In this document: positions 25,065 to 39,394 of the stretch, in pieces | Layout of the letters: each line of letters starts with the position of its first letter | How positions within the stretch are numbered: position 1 is the stretch's first letter | From: Octopus vulgaris | Lineage: Eukaryota | Assembly (NCBI GenBank): GCA_951406725.2 | Contig: OX597822.1 | Span: 39,928,001-39,992,000, forward strand | Direction of reading: 5' to 3' | Length of the DNA stretch: 64,000 nucleotides | Program-made: the position numbers and the translations under genes | The notes under the pieces: model-generated | What the model was told of the DNA's origin: nothing | The model's database searches: none | Seen by the model: only the letters and a program-made list of their open reading frames with translations

Positions 25065-27410
25065 GGAGCGTTCAGAACTGCTTCGTCACTCTGCGCACGC
25101 CTCGGGCAATCCTGACTGACAGCGCTTCCATGCCTGTAAAGTTTATCCCAAACCCGCAATGCCCCTCGGTGGCATTGCCAGGCCAGAGATTTCTGGAAGT
25201 TATCCATGAGTCCCCTCCCGAAAGTCCTCTGGAACCAAGTCATTCTTAACGACGTCCATAGTCTCCCCAAGAACTTGCCCGCCATTAACCCTTTATAGAA
25301 CGACTGAGTGGAGCTTCCACGGACCGCATTGTCCGACTGACAGAGAATTGTGGGCGTCTGACAGCACTCTAGATGTCAGGCGTCTTGCCTCGCTCTACGC
25401 TTGATCCAGGACTGCAGCTAAGACGAGACGAGCTGTGGGAAATCTTGTCTGGGAAAACGGCAACCCCACCTGTTCACGTTCTAGGAAGCGCTAGAGATGT
25501 TGCAGCTTCAGCACATGTCTGCGCATCAGAAGCTACGGCATGCCCAGCCCTCTATTCAGCAGGTTTTGACGGCAAATAGAGCACCTGAAAAGTGCAACAC
25601 TTCCCTCACACATAAAGCAAAAGAGATAAAAGTATAGAAGCGGAAAAGGCTCCTTACTGTGATTTAGTTGGTGAGGAGGGGGTGGATGTTCCGTCCTCAT
25701 AGGTAAGTGTGGGCGTTTCTACGAGCAGTTCTTCATATATTCGTAAATGTATGTCTCTCTGGAAAGTCCCTATTTCTTCAGGGTATTTTTTTTAGTGTTA
25801 TATGTGTGTTGTGATGTTTGTATGACTTTAAAATATGTTGGTGGGTTCTTTTTTGGTGTGATAAAATCGGTATGTGTGAAATGTATGTATGTAATCCATT
25901 ACTTTTTTATTGTTCGTGTCTATTGCTCTACAGTTCAAAATATTTGAATTTTGCTGGTGTTGAGATGTGCGATCTGAAAGCTGTGTGTGAATTGGGTTGT
26001 GCATGTTGTTCTTGTAGTTACTGCAAATGCTGTCGGTGTTTCTGTGCTTGCAGTTGCTGCTACTACAGTTACTGTTGTTTTTTTCAGCTGTAGTCAACTG
26101 TTTCTGCTGTTGCTGTTGTTGTGATAGTGAGGTTGATGTCGGCAAAAATGGGTGGGGAGCTCACTTCTCTCTTTTGCTGTGGGCAGAAAGATTAATGATG
26201 ATTTGTGTCCCTGCACAGACGGCATCTTGGCTTTCTGCCCCAACATCCACATGAGACTTTGTGCCACCCGGTAGGATTTTATAGTCCGGGATAACCTCCA
26301 CGTCCCCTGGTCTGCCTGTATTAGTGGCTGCATCCTCTGGCCTAACCATTCGCAGAATCGTAGTTTTCTCTTCTGTGTCGAGGAGAATTGCAGCTACTAA
26401 CTAGCAGATATTTATCTTTGGTAGGATGTTGAGTATTTAGAGTTAGAATACTTTTCGACCAAGGTAGATGGGGATGAGTATGAGCCTAACTCGCTAGTGT
26501 AGCTATCGAATGATATTTGGCCTCCCCCTCTGAGGCGGGCCTCCCCTCGACAGTCCCATATTTCTTTCCCCTGGCTACATAGGTTTTGCTTTTCCAAACT
26601 GGTTTTAAGCATTTCTCTATTTGCTGCTGTATTGCCCGCTCCACTTTCCTTGTTTTGGCTCCAGTTGTTTTATATAGAACTGTCTGCAAATTAATTTCTT
26701 ACTGGGCAGTTCTAGGAATATTTGGTACCACGTTTCTTCCACATTTCTCCAATACGCCTTTCGCAATCGTGAATTTATTTTCGTCTATAAAATATGTCTT
26801 TACTTACTTCTCTGGTTTCCCTCGCAAAGTCGAACACGTTTCGACAGGATTTGCATGTCTCGTTTTCATTTGTTATCTTTTTCATTAGTGACATTGTTGG
26901 TGGTGATGGTGGTGGGCCTGCTGCTGCCACCGGTGGTAGCCGTGGAGGAGACAGTGTTCTTGCTTATGTTATCGCCTTTTGTCAATGATTTGTTTTGTTC
27001 CTGCGATGGTGGAGTGGATGGTAAAAGCAAGGAAAAATTGCTTTCGTATTAGCCTCACGTGCGCTATTGCTGTCATTGTTGTTGTTGTTCCTGCTACTGC
27101 TGCTGCTGCTGCTACAGCAGTCATTGTCGTTTACAACTCGGTTGTTCTTTTTTCCGGATGACCGGCTGTCCCTTTCGGCGGACGGACAATTCGCATTCGC
27201 CATCTTTTTAAACAAAAGAATGATGGATGTCTTAGCCCAAAACAAACACCAAAATAACCCCTAAAGGATAAATATGGAGAACCAACCAACTCCCAAAGGT
27301 TCTGGTTAGTTTAACTAAGTAACGATAACAAAATTACAATGTATAACAATGTGTAACAATATGAATATCAACAAAACTTACTGAGAGATGTACAACACTT
27401 GTTGATAGAC

Positions 27411-27411
<1 letters not shown>
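25065..27411 (-). mobile_element. Tx1/L1-clade LINE remnant: putative 5'UTR plus decayed ORF1 joined to ORF2 C-terminus
   Basis: aagATGGCG start near 27204; ORF1 zinc knuckle CRLCRDTNHH*SFC at about 26180-26225; ORF2 tail FQKSLAWQCHRGALRVWDKLYRHG..CPR at 25065-25285; no APE or RT sequence in between. Confidence 0.65.
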
Positions 27412-27460
<49 letters not shown>

Positions 27461-27462
27461 AC

Positions 27463-27522
<60 letters not shown>

Positions 27523-27541
27523 GGTGGTGGTGGTGGTTGTG

Positions 27542-27576
<35 letters not shown>

Positions 27577-27699
27577 GGTGGTGGTGGTGGTTGTGGTAGT
27601 AGTAGTAGTAGTAGTTATTATTACGTGGGATGAAAAGAGAATGAAAAGGGGACGTCAGAAACGTCAAAGTAACATCCCTATTATCTCGCAACCATAATA

Positions 27700-27784
27700 T
27701 AGTTGAACTCAGAATGTAATGACGGACAAAAGACCGCTAAACATTTAGACCGGCAAACTAACGATCCTGACAGCTCGCCGCCAA
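27700..27784 (-). mobile_element. SINE family B head fragment
   Basis: ttgaactcagaatgtaatgacggacaaaagaccgctaaacattt...cagctcgccgcc. Confidence 0.7.
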
Positions 27785-28115
27785 AGTAGTAGTAGTAGTA
27801 GTAGTAGTAGAAATAATAATAACAATTCCTTATATTGTTGCAAGAGGCACGGTATGACAGACAGACGGGTACAAAAACCCCCGGAGGGATATAAAGAAAA
27901 ATATAACTGACAGGTTGTTATTTGAACGCAAAAACCACAATTTGCTTTTGTTGCTATTCCATTTTATTCCACAAACTAGAGAAATGTGGAGGAAAATCTG
28001 AAAAATCTGTTGGGACACAAGATTACTAATTCCAATGAATTTTTTTCTAAAGAACAGGAACAAATATCCGGTATACCATGAAATTGAGGCGATGGAAACA
28101 ATGACACTGGAGACA

Positions 28116-28189
<74 letters not shown>

Positions 28190-28287
28190 ATTTAATAACA
28201 ATAATAGATCTAGTATTAACAATATAACTATAAGTGGTTGTAATAATAACAATACCAATAATGTTTATGATGGTGATGATAATAATG

Positions 28288-28373
<86 letters not shown>

Positions 28374-29073
28374 AAGAAGAAGAAGAAGAAGAAGAAGAAG
28401 AAGAAGAAGAAGAAGAAGAAGAAAAATGATGAGGATGATGATGATGATGACAACGATGATGATAACTATCATAATAATTTGTTTTGTAGCCACATGGGTG
28501 TTGGTTTGAGGAAAATTACGAAGATAAATTACAAATGTATAAATAAAAAAAAAACAGTGGAAGTTAACAATAGTGATTTTTTTATTTATATGTATTGCCC
28601 ACGAGGGAACGAGGGAGATTACAAAACAAAACAGGATTTACTGAACAATGGAATGAAATCGGATCCAAATAAAAAATTAATAAATAAATGAATGAAACAG
28701 AATATATAAGATGATGTGACATACATCCAAATGGTTATTCTATGCAGTGGTACATATTTATATTTACATATATAAATATGTATGTTTGCGTATTTATGCA
28801 TAATTATATATGCGTATGTGTGTGTATATACACGTGTGTATGTGTGTGTGTGTATACATACATATAAATGTGCATATACGTTTGTATGCACATGTATGCA
28901 TTTATTGTGTGGTCTTTGGATGTGCGTGTATATATGTAGAGATTTGTGTGTGTATATATATATATGTATATGTTTGTGTGTATACATAAAAATATATATA
29001 TATATATATAAATATGTATATATATACATATATATTTATGCATATATATACTTATGTGTTTATGTATGCATAT

Positions 29074-29112
<39 letters not shown>

Positions 29113-29121
29113 CATGCATAG

Positions 29122-29185
<64 letters not shown>

Positions 29186-29354
29186 CATAGGTAATATATT
29201 TATAAATATCTATCCAGACGTTGACACGTTATATACATACATATATGTATTTAAGCACGTACACACACATATATATACATATATGCCTACACGCATACAT
29301 ACATACATACATACATACATACATACATACATACATACATTCATACATACATAC

Positions 29355-29462
29355 AAAAATACCTTGTTGTTGATGTAAAAATTCCAATGAACGAGCCTCG
29401 GATCTAGGTTAGAAACCGGCTCTTTTTCTATTGGCCAGAAATCTTGAAACAAAACTGAACAA
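29355..29462 (+). repeat. Short hairpin-forming interspersed repeat (second copy 53726-53817, minus)
   Basis: aaaaataccttgttgttga...tctaggttagaaaccgg...agaaatc(t/a)tgaaa present in both copies. Confidence 0.7.
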
Positions 29463-29914
29463 TGTCATACATAAAAACACATGCACAAACAAACAAACAA
29501 ACACACAGATATATTGTTTTATTTGCGATTCACTGATGTCTACAATAGTTTTGGATCGATGGCATGAAACTTTTAAGCGTTAGTAAGTAATCTAGTTCAG
29601 TAAAATGCATCACTATGGGGATGGATATATGATTGCGACTAGTTTGCCATATGTTTAGATCCATCTCTAATAGTAACTTGTAATAGAAACGAATTGTCGA
29701 TTCCATTCTTTGTGGCACCTTTTTATTTTTATGTAAAACCACTCACATACGACCCCACTTCATAACTTTAAAATTATAGATAGCACGCTGAGCAGTCGAA
29801 AGTACAAAGGTACAGAGTTAGTAGTGCTTGCTCCTTGAGCATAATAAGCGCATGGTGCTAGCTCTTATTTATTAAACAAAGAATCCTTCAGAGAATAGAA
29901 ATGGCTCAACTCAA

Positions 29915-30585
29915 GGCGGCGAGCTGGCAGAAACGTTAGCACACCGGGAGAAATGCTTAGCGGTATTTCGTCTACCGCTACGTTCTGAGTTCAAATTCCA
30001 CCGAGGTCGACTTTGCCTTTCATCCTTTTCGGGGTCGATAAATTAAGTACCAGTTACGCACTGGGGTCGATATAATCGACTTAATCTGTTTGTCTGTCCT
30101 TGCTTGTTGTCTCTGTGTTTAGCCCCTTGTGGATAGTAAAGAAATCGATCATTCGTCTGCCGAAGGCGGCGATCTGGCAGAAACGTTAGCACACCGGGCG
30201 AAATGCTTAGCGGTATTTCGTCTGCCGCTACGTTCTGAGTTCAAATTCCGCCGAGGTCGACTTTGCCTTTCATCCTTTCGGGGTCGATAATTAAGTACCA
30301 GATAAATTAAGTACCACTGGGGTCGATATAATCGAATTAATCCGTCTGTCTGTCCTTGTTTGTCCCCTCTGTGTTTAGCCTCTTATGGGTAGTAAAGAAA
30401 TAGGTATTTCGTCTGCCGTTACGTTCAGAGTTCAAATTCTGCCGAGGTCGACTTTACCTTTCATCCTTTCGGGGTCGATAAATTCTGTACAAGTTACACA
30501 CTGAGGTCGATGTAATCGACTTAATCCCTTTGTCTGTCCTTGTTTGTCCCTTTTATGTTTAGCCCCTTGTGGGCAATAAAGATAT
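29915..30585 (+). mobile_element. SINE family B: monomer followed by dimer (three tandem bodies)
   Basis: ggcggcgagctggcagaaacgttagc head twice; B-box gagttcaaattc three times; gcctttcatcctttcggggtcgataaattaagtaccag domain. Confidence 0.92.
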
Positions 30586-30619
30586 AAGAATAATTATATA
30601 AGAATAAATAGATATAGAT

Positions 30620-32056
30620 ATATCAGAAATTAAAGATGGAAAATGCTCACACTTTACATAGTTTTAATACATTTTATATTGTGTTTGTCGAACGGTTTCG
30701 CTTTCGCTAATCACGACATTAAAATTATTTTAATTACGTATTTTCTTAAGAAAAATTAGTTTGTCCATGTGTGGAGTTTATGAATGAATGACTCAATAGA
30801 TAGAAAAAGCTAAGGGGAGGTAATTGTGATAGTTATAATTGTGGATAGGAGAGATAATTGTTCACCATTCGGGGGTGGGGGAATATACATAAAAATTCAA
30901 AATCTAGAGTAGCGGGGAGGAATATGTACAGTGATAGGTGTAATCGTGAATTAAAATATGTATAGAGATCAAAGTTGGTTATGCGTACATATTTAGACGT
31001 GTTCTGTATTTTTGATGAATAAATTTCTTTATTTAAACGTTCTTGTATAGAAATTGTGTCGTTGCACTGGTGTAAAGAGAAAACTACGAAATTTGGTTTG
31101 ATGTTACCTGCACATCTCTTTATGTGTTTATTTAAAGGAATCTGTCTGTATGGCGGGAACCAGATCTGCTCTTTATACAGAGTGGTTCTCCGTTTCAATG
31201 TCATACTCGTCTGTCCTATATAATGATGTCCACAACCCGAGCAGATTATTACATAAATTAAATTCTCAGAAGCACAAGTGAAGTTGGATTTAATTGTGAA
31301 CCTCACTCCTTTTTTGCAAGAAAATCCGAGCTTTCAAATAGGTTAGAGCATGTTTGAGCATCCACATTTTTTAAGTGCTGGTTTCGTGGTTGTTGTGTAA
31401 AGTTTCGCATTTGTTAGAAGTATCTTTAGCCATTCGTGTTGCTTTTCGCATTTGATGAATCTATGTTTTTCAGGATCTTCCTTTTTGGGTCTTTAGTTAG
31501 TAAAGGAAGATTTTACACAATAGTGCTGTATGCCTCATTGTTTCTAGGGTTGTGAGTTGATATATAAAGTAGTGTTTTGAGCTGAGGTGTGGTGTTAGGT
31601 TTTGTTTCCTTAGTGCTTTTATGTCTAATTTCTTGGCACGCTTTTTCCCCATCGTGTATAAGTGAGAGTGGATATTGTCTTCTAGTTAGAGTTGTTCTGA
31701 GGTCTTGAAGACGAAGGTCCGAGCAGTTCTGTCAGACACTATAGTTCAAAACCTTTTTGCCAAATTAAAGGGGATATTTATTTTGATGTGTTTCGGGTGG
31801 CATGAGGTAAAAAGGAGATATTGCTTCGAGTCCGTTGGTTTATTATAGATGCCAGTTATAATTTGGTTGCTGACATTTTTTTTATCATTATATATAAAAA
31901 AAAATAGGAGCAGTTCTTTGCTATATTCCATTGTGTATTGAATGTTACGGTTTATATCATTTAGTGTTGATTTGAATTCCAAAAGTCTATCAATGGTGTC
32001 CTTCCAAATGATAAAACAGTCATCCAGGTATCTTTTCCGGTTTTCCCTTATGTAAT
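30620..32056 (-). mobile_element. Penelope-like element, 5'-truncated (RT C-half plus GIY-YIG, decayed)
   Basis: KRYLDDCFIIW, NIQYTME, KPTDSKQYLLFTSCHPKH (PLE RT); NLIYVIICSGCGHHYIGQT...RR (GIY-YIG). Confidence 0.92.
30686..30718 (-). ncRNA. Degenerate minimal hammerhead in the 3' region (pLTR) of the PLE
   Basis: UGUC-GUGAUUA-GC(gaaa)GC-GAAACCGUUC-GACA, same strand as the PLE ORF and ~115 nt downstream of it. Confidence 0.5.
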
Positions 32057-32077
32057 GGTGAAACGGACACTTCAATA

Positions 32078-32193
32078 TGGTCGGCCCGAGTCTATAGTAG
32101 AAGACTCTTGCCCAAGGTGCCATGCAGTGGGACTGAACACGGAAGGATGTAGTTCGTAAGCAAGCTACTTACCACACAGCTACTCCTACGCCT
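32078..32193 (-). mobile_element. SINE family A head
   Basis: cttgcccaaggtgccatgcagtgggactgaac...gctacttaccacacagc. Confidence 0.85.
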
Positions 32194-32567
32194 ATGTACA
32201 ATTTTATACAAACATAAACCACAACTCATATATCAACGTGTTTTATACACATCTCGGATATTTCTGAAACAGATACAAAACAATACATGTGACTTGTTGA
32301 AATGTATAAAGCATATTGAATAAATTGTAGCAAGGGGCTTGATTTGTTAAAAGAAATGTAATAAATGTTATGTAATGCAAATAGTCATATATATAAAAAG
32401 AAAAAGAGACAAAAAAGAAAAAGTATGAGAAATTCTGTCATTCAAGAACTTTGTTTTGCACATGTAATGTTATATTTGAATAAATTTGAGCTACTTATAT
32501 TGTGCCCACTCGTTTTATTTTCCGTCAAAAGTCATGTTGACTGCTACGCTTACATTGTACAAACTGT

Positions 32568-32640
<73 letters not shown>

Positions 32641-32654
32641 CATACATACATACA

Positions 32655-32690
<36 letters not shown>

Positions 32691-32725
32691 TACATACATA
32701 CATACATATATATATATATGTATAT

Positions 32726-33344
32726 ATATATGAAAGAAGGTTTGAAAACGCAATTTTAAAGATGTTTATTTACTTGACCGGTTTCATTTTTTTTAGAAAA
32801 AGATTGTCAAAAGTAAAATGTAAAGCTTTGTATAAGCTTTGTTATGTTAAGTACTGGTTGTCACAAAAGTATTAAAATACATATATACATTCTTTGATAA
32901 TAATAAGAAAATGTTAAAAACAGCTTACAAGGAAATATCTTGAGAAAATATATCTCCTTCTGTGTATATATACTACCAAATATGACTTTTTTGAACTAAT
33001 ACTTTTCTGTATATAGATATAGATACTTCCAAACAAACATGATTTTTAATGAAATCCTAATATTTTATTGAAATTTTTGTTTAATATTTTCTCAAGATAT
33101 TTCCTTGTAAACTGTTTTTAATATTTTCTTATTATTGTCAAAGAATGTATATATGTATTTTAATACTTTTGTGACAATCAGTACTTACCACAACAAAGCT
33201 TTTACAAAGCTTTACATTTTACTTTTGACAATCTTTTTCTAAAAAAGTGAAACCAGTCAAGTAAATAAATATCTTTAAAATTGCATTTTCAAACCTTCTT
33301 TCATATATATTTCCATTCGGGCGGTACCTTACAATTTCACTTTG

Positions 33345-33346
<2 letters not shown>
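32726..33346. repeat. Inverted repeat with ~225-bp arms (32726-32951 and 33084-33308), each carrying a hammerhead motif; PLE pLTR-like
   Basis: Arms are near reverse complements; HHR at 32769-32817 (-) and 33218-33265 (+): UUUACUU-UUGACAA-uCUUUUU..AAAAA(A/G)u-GAAACC(G/A)GUC-AAGUAAA. Confidence 0.88.
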
Positions 33347-33417
<71 letters not shown>

Positions 33418-33440
33418 AAATTATAGCGTTTGAATATTTT

Positions 33441-33484
<44 letters not shown>

Positions 33485-34134
33485 AAAATATTCAAACGCT
33501 AAAATTTGAAATACGTTTTTCTGTAATTTATGGAAATTACCCAGGCCATAAATATCTTAAAATTATTCTGTATATGCTTTTGTGTGTGTGCATGAAATGC
33601 TTCTGTGTGTGTGTATGTGTGCCTACGTGTGTGTCTAATGGGAACAAATTGTTTTGTGAACAGCTGCACGAAGGATATCATCTTGAGAGGAGACTCACTC
33701 ACGTTGTTTTGTCACATGACTCGCAAGACGTAATTGCATGGGAAAATTTTCGCCGAAGCTATTTCTTCGTAACGTTAATATCACTAATTTGAGGCGAGTG
33801 AGACCGAACATCCTGTTTAGTTATACAATATCTCTCTCCAACTGATGCTTTATGGGATTTTCAGTTCCACGCCAGTCACTGCTTCATTCGTGATGTTCAT
33901 AAGCAATAAAAACCGTGCAATGTTGGTATCGTGCTTTAATGTAAGAATGTTTTATCGTGGTTTTAAGCTTCGACTGCTATTTTTAGCATGTAAGAAATTC
34001 ACACGGTGGTTTTTGAGGCTTTGACTGCCATTTTTAGCAAGTAAGAAATCCACATGGTGGTTTTATCGTAATAGTTTCATACACTATTATGTCTTAAAAT
34101 ATTTATGTCTTCTGACTTTTATTACATATATCGT

Positions 34135-34504
34135 AGTGCTCCATCGGTTACGACGAAAAGGGTTCCTGTTGATCCGAACAAGGGAACAGTCTGCTCGTGA
34201 AATTAACGTGGAAGTGGCTGAGCACTCCACAGACACGTGTACACTTAACGTAGTTCTTGGGGAGATTCAGCGAGACACAGAGAGGGACAAGGCTGTCCTT
34301 TTGAAATACAGGTACAACAGAAACGGAGAAAGAGTGAGAGAAAGTTGTGGTGAAAGAGTAGAGCAGGTTTCACTACCATCCCCTGCCCGAACCTCGTGGT
34401 GCTTTACGTGTCTTCAGTAAACACTCGCACCGTTCGGTCTGGGAATCGAAACGTCGATGTTACGACCACGAGTCCGCTGCCCTAACAACTGGGTCATTGC
34501 GCCT
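34135..34504 (-). mobile_element. tRNA-derived SINE family C
   Basis: Minus head aggcgcaatgacccagttgttagggcagcggactcgtggtcgt...gtttcgattcccagaccg (A/B boxes); head related to 53484. Confidence 0.8.
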
Positions 34505-34606
34505 ACACACACACACACACACGCACCCCCCACACACATACACACACACATATATATATATATATATATCCGTAAATATAATATGTGACATGTATTCGGT
34601 AGCCAT

Positions 34607-34667
34607 GATAAAACTCCGAGTTTCGGATGTCGGGGCTGAAACCCACACTGGCATCTCTTCAGTTATC
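34607..34667 (-). ncRNA. Type-I hammerhead ribozyme
   Basis: GAUAA-CUGAAGA-GAUGCC..GACAUC-c-GAAACUCGGAGUU-UUAUC. Confidence 0.72.
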
Positions 34668-34790
34668 GGGCCATCGATAACAAGAGCTGTTAACTTCAAT
34701 TAAATATCCATTATTTGGTGAGGTGACAAATTAGACACAAGTAAAGTTAACAACCTCTGCGCGCTTCTGAATGGCTATGAGCCTTTCAAA

Positions 34791-34841
<51 letters not shown>

Positions 34842-34941
34842 TAAAAACGGTAAGATAACAAAATAAAGAAAGAGACCTCAATATTATGTAAATAGAGGAA
34901 TTTATCTGTAAAATAATATGTGACAATTATTCAGCAGCCAA

Positions 34942-35002
34942 GATAAAACTCTGAGTTTCGGATGCCGAGGTGGAAATCCACACCACCATCTCTTCGGTTA
35001 TC
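34942..35002 (-). ncRNA. Type-I hammerhead ribozyme (paralog of 34607, U4C)
   Basis: GAUAA-CCGAAGA-GAUGGUGGUGUGGA(uu)UCCACCUCGGCAUC-c-GAAACUCAGAGUU-UUAUC. Confidence 0.68.
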
Positions 35003-35023
35003 TGGCCATCTGAAAACTGCATA

Positions 35024-36553
<1,530 letters not shown>

Positions 36554-36564
36554 GTATATATATG

Positions 36565-36640
<76 letters not shown>

Positions 36641-37383
36641 CAGAAGTATCAAGTTGTTGGAAATCAGAGAGATCATTAATGATAATTTACAGCTGAACAT
36701 AACACTTCATAGTTTTTGGGTAGCCTCGGGATACCTTGATGAGAAGACAGTAATTCCTAAATCAATAATTCCCAAAACAAATCTATAAGAATATTCGAAG
36801 TTACTTTCCCGTTTAGTTAAGAGAACGCTGGGATATTTTCACATCGTAGGCAATAACCACAACTTAGGTTTTCTGTTATCTACATTTTACATTTTCTCAG
36901 ATATGTGTGTGAATGTTTGCACTGACACTCGCCCCTCACACACACATGTTAAACATGTGAAAGATATCTATTATTCTACTGTCAACCCGTACAATTATGG
37001 CATAATTGGCTTGAACGATTTTCCATTTTCGAGCATTTCAAAACCATCCATTCCTCCCCCAAACACTACCCTGTACCCTCCAGATTCTACAATTGTACCC
37101 GAGGGATTAATTCTCCACCATAGATACATTTTTTATAGTATTTATCACAAACACACTGTACTTCTGTTTGAAATCTCGGTTTATAATTGCGTTCGAGTTG
37201 CTGTGAGAGCAAATTACATAACAGCTGATTGTGGTTGAAGTGGTGTTAGTAGCGCTATGGATGTTACAGTGTGGGTGATAGTATTGAAGTAGTGTTGTCA
37301 ATTGTGACTCCGGAGTAGGGATGTTATGGCAGTGGTGTGACAAGGATCTTGCAGATGTTAGTTACATCGCTGGTGATAATATT

Positions 37384-37770
37384 GCAGACGTGGCTGTGTA
37401 GTATGAAGTTTGTTTCCCAACCACATGGTTCTGGGTTCAGTCCTACTGTGTGATACCTTTGGAAAGTGTCTCCTACTATAGCCACGGGCTGACCAAAGGC
37501 ATGTGAGTGGATTTGGTAGACGGAATCTAAAGGAAGCCCATCGTATATCTGTGTGTGTGTATGTTTCTGTTTGTCACGCACCACCGCTTGACAAACGGTA
37601 TTAGCTTGTTCACTTTCCCTTAACCTAGCAGTTCGGCAAAACAAAACTAATAGAATAAGCATCAGGCTTTGAATAACAGTATTGGGGAGGGGGGTCGATT
37701 CGTTCGACTAAAAACTGTTGAGGGCTGTGCCCCTAGCCAGGCCAGAGTCTAATGACTGACACGAATAAAT
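37384..37770 (+). mobile_element. SINE family A, older diverged copy
   Basis: Collinear with the other copies. Confidence 0.85.
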
Positions 37771-38580
37771 GATAATAAAAAAAATGTCGCGATGGTAGAC
37801 CCTGAGTGACGCTTCTTTGTAGGTGTCGCTGCTGTGGCGGTGATGCTGTCGGGACTATGATGCAGGAGTGACCTTGTGGTAGCGAAGTTGTGACCATGCT
37901 GGGATGGTACGGTGCTGACGGTGTTGTAATACTAATGTAATGTTATTACATGTATGATAGTGAAGGAGAGGAGAGTGTTATAGGTGTGGCTTTATTCGTG
38001 TTAGATTGGTGCCCTCTATCTGTCTGTCTATCTGTTTTTTTGGTCTTTCTCTCCGGTGGTTGTGAGAAAGCGGTAGTAGGGTCGTGGAGAGCGGTGCTAT
38101 TATGGTTTACAAGTACAACCTCCTTTACGACCACTAACGCCACCATCAACACCATCACTACCACCGCCGCCATTACTGCCATCACCGCCACTACCACCAC
38201 CTCTATCAACACCCCTCAACACCCCTACAACCACCACAATCTATAATCGCCGCTACCACCATCATCACCTCTACCACCCCATCAGTACCACCACCATCAT
38301 CAACCCCATCACCACTACAATCAACATCACCACCACCATCACCACAACAACCACCATCACTACCACCATCATCACCACCATCATCACCACCATTACCACC
38401 ACCATCACCACCACCATCGACACCACCACTGTCACCACCGCTACAACCACCACCAACACCACTGCTACCACCACCACTACCACCACCACCATCAACATCA
38501 CCACCACCACCACCAATGTTACCACCACCACTAAGACTACCAGCATTTAACACTACTTACCATAATACTGTCACTATGAT

Positions 38581-38613
<33 letters not shown>

Positions 38614-39188
38614 AGCCCCCACCACCGCTTTCATTCCCACGGACACAGATGCTTTCCCTATTGCCAAAACCATCACCAATATCATCACCATCACTATCAA
38701 GACCACTACCACCACCACCACCATCACAACCACCACCATCACCACTACCGTCACTGTCAACACCGCCACTTCTACCACCACTCTATCCGCCATCACTCTT
38801 ACCACCACCATCACCACCACCACTACCATCACCACCACCACTATTCTCACAACTATTATTTTCATTAATACCAGTACCAGCCATCTGAGGCGTTTGGGTC
38901 TCATACAGTAATCCGCATAATCTTGAAAGAACAGATTTCAGATTTAAGACAAAAGTACTTTTGTTAGTATGGCAAACACTTGTGTGAATATCGTTTCACT
39001 GTTCTGCCAGTTAGATGCGGATCGTTAAGGAACGGTAATAGAATGGAATGCAAAAGAGGCAGGGATAGAATAGGCACGGTAAAGTGCTCGAGTTTGTTGA
39101 CGATGGGGAGGAATGGCTGAACTATCAAATGGTGATGATTTCCATACAGCTTGACATATATAATGTGTGAATGTGCGTATATACATAT

Positions 39189-39281
<93 letters not shown>

Positions 39282-39292
39282 GTGTGTGTGTG

Positions 39293-39332
<40 letters not shown>

Positions 39333-39363
39333 GTTTCTGTATATGTAAGTGTGTGTGCGTGCG

Positions 39364-39394
<31 letters not shown>

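Noticed and set aside
29380-29440. CCAAUGA...GAAACCGG as a hammerhead (also 53745-53790)
   Set aside because: G5 absent in both copies and no stem I; folds better as a simple hairpin
38206-38911. Gly-rich and Thr-rich mucin-like ORFs
   Set aside because: Degenerate (CAC/CAT/TAC)n trinucleotide tract, open in several frames on both strands
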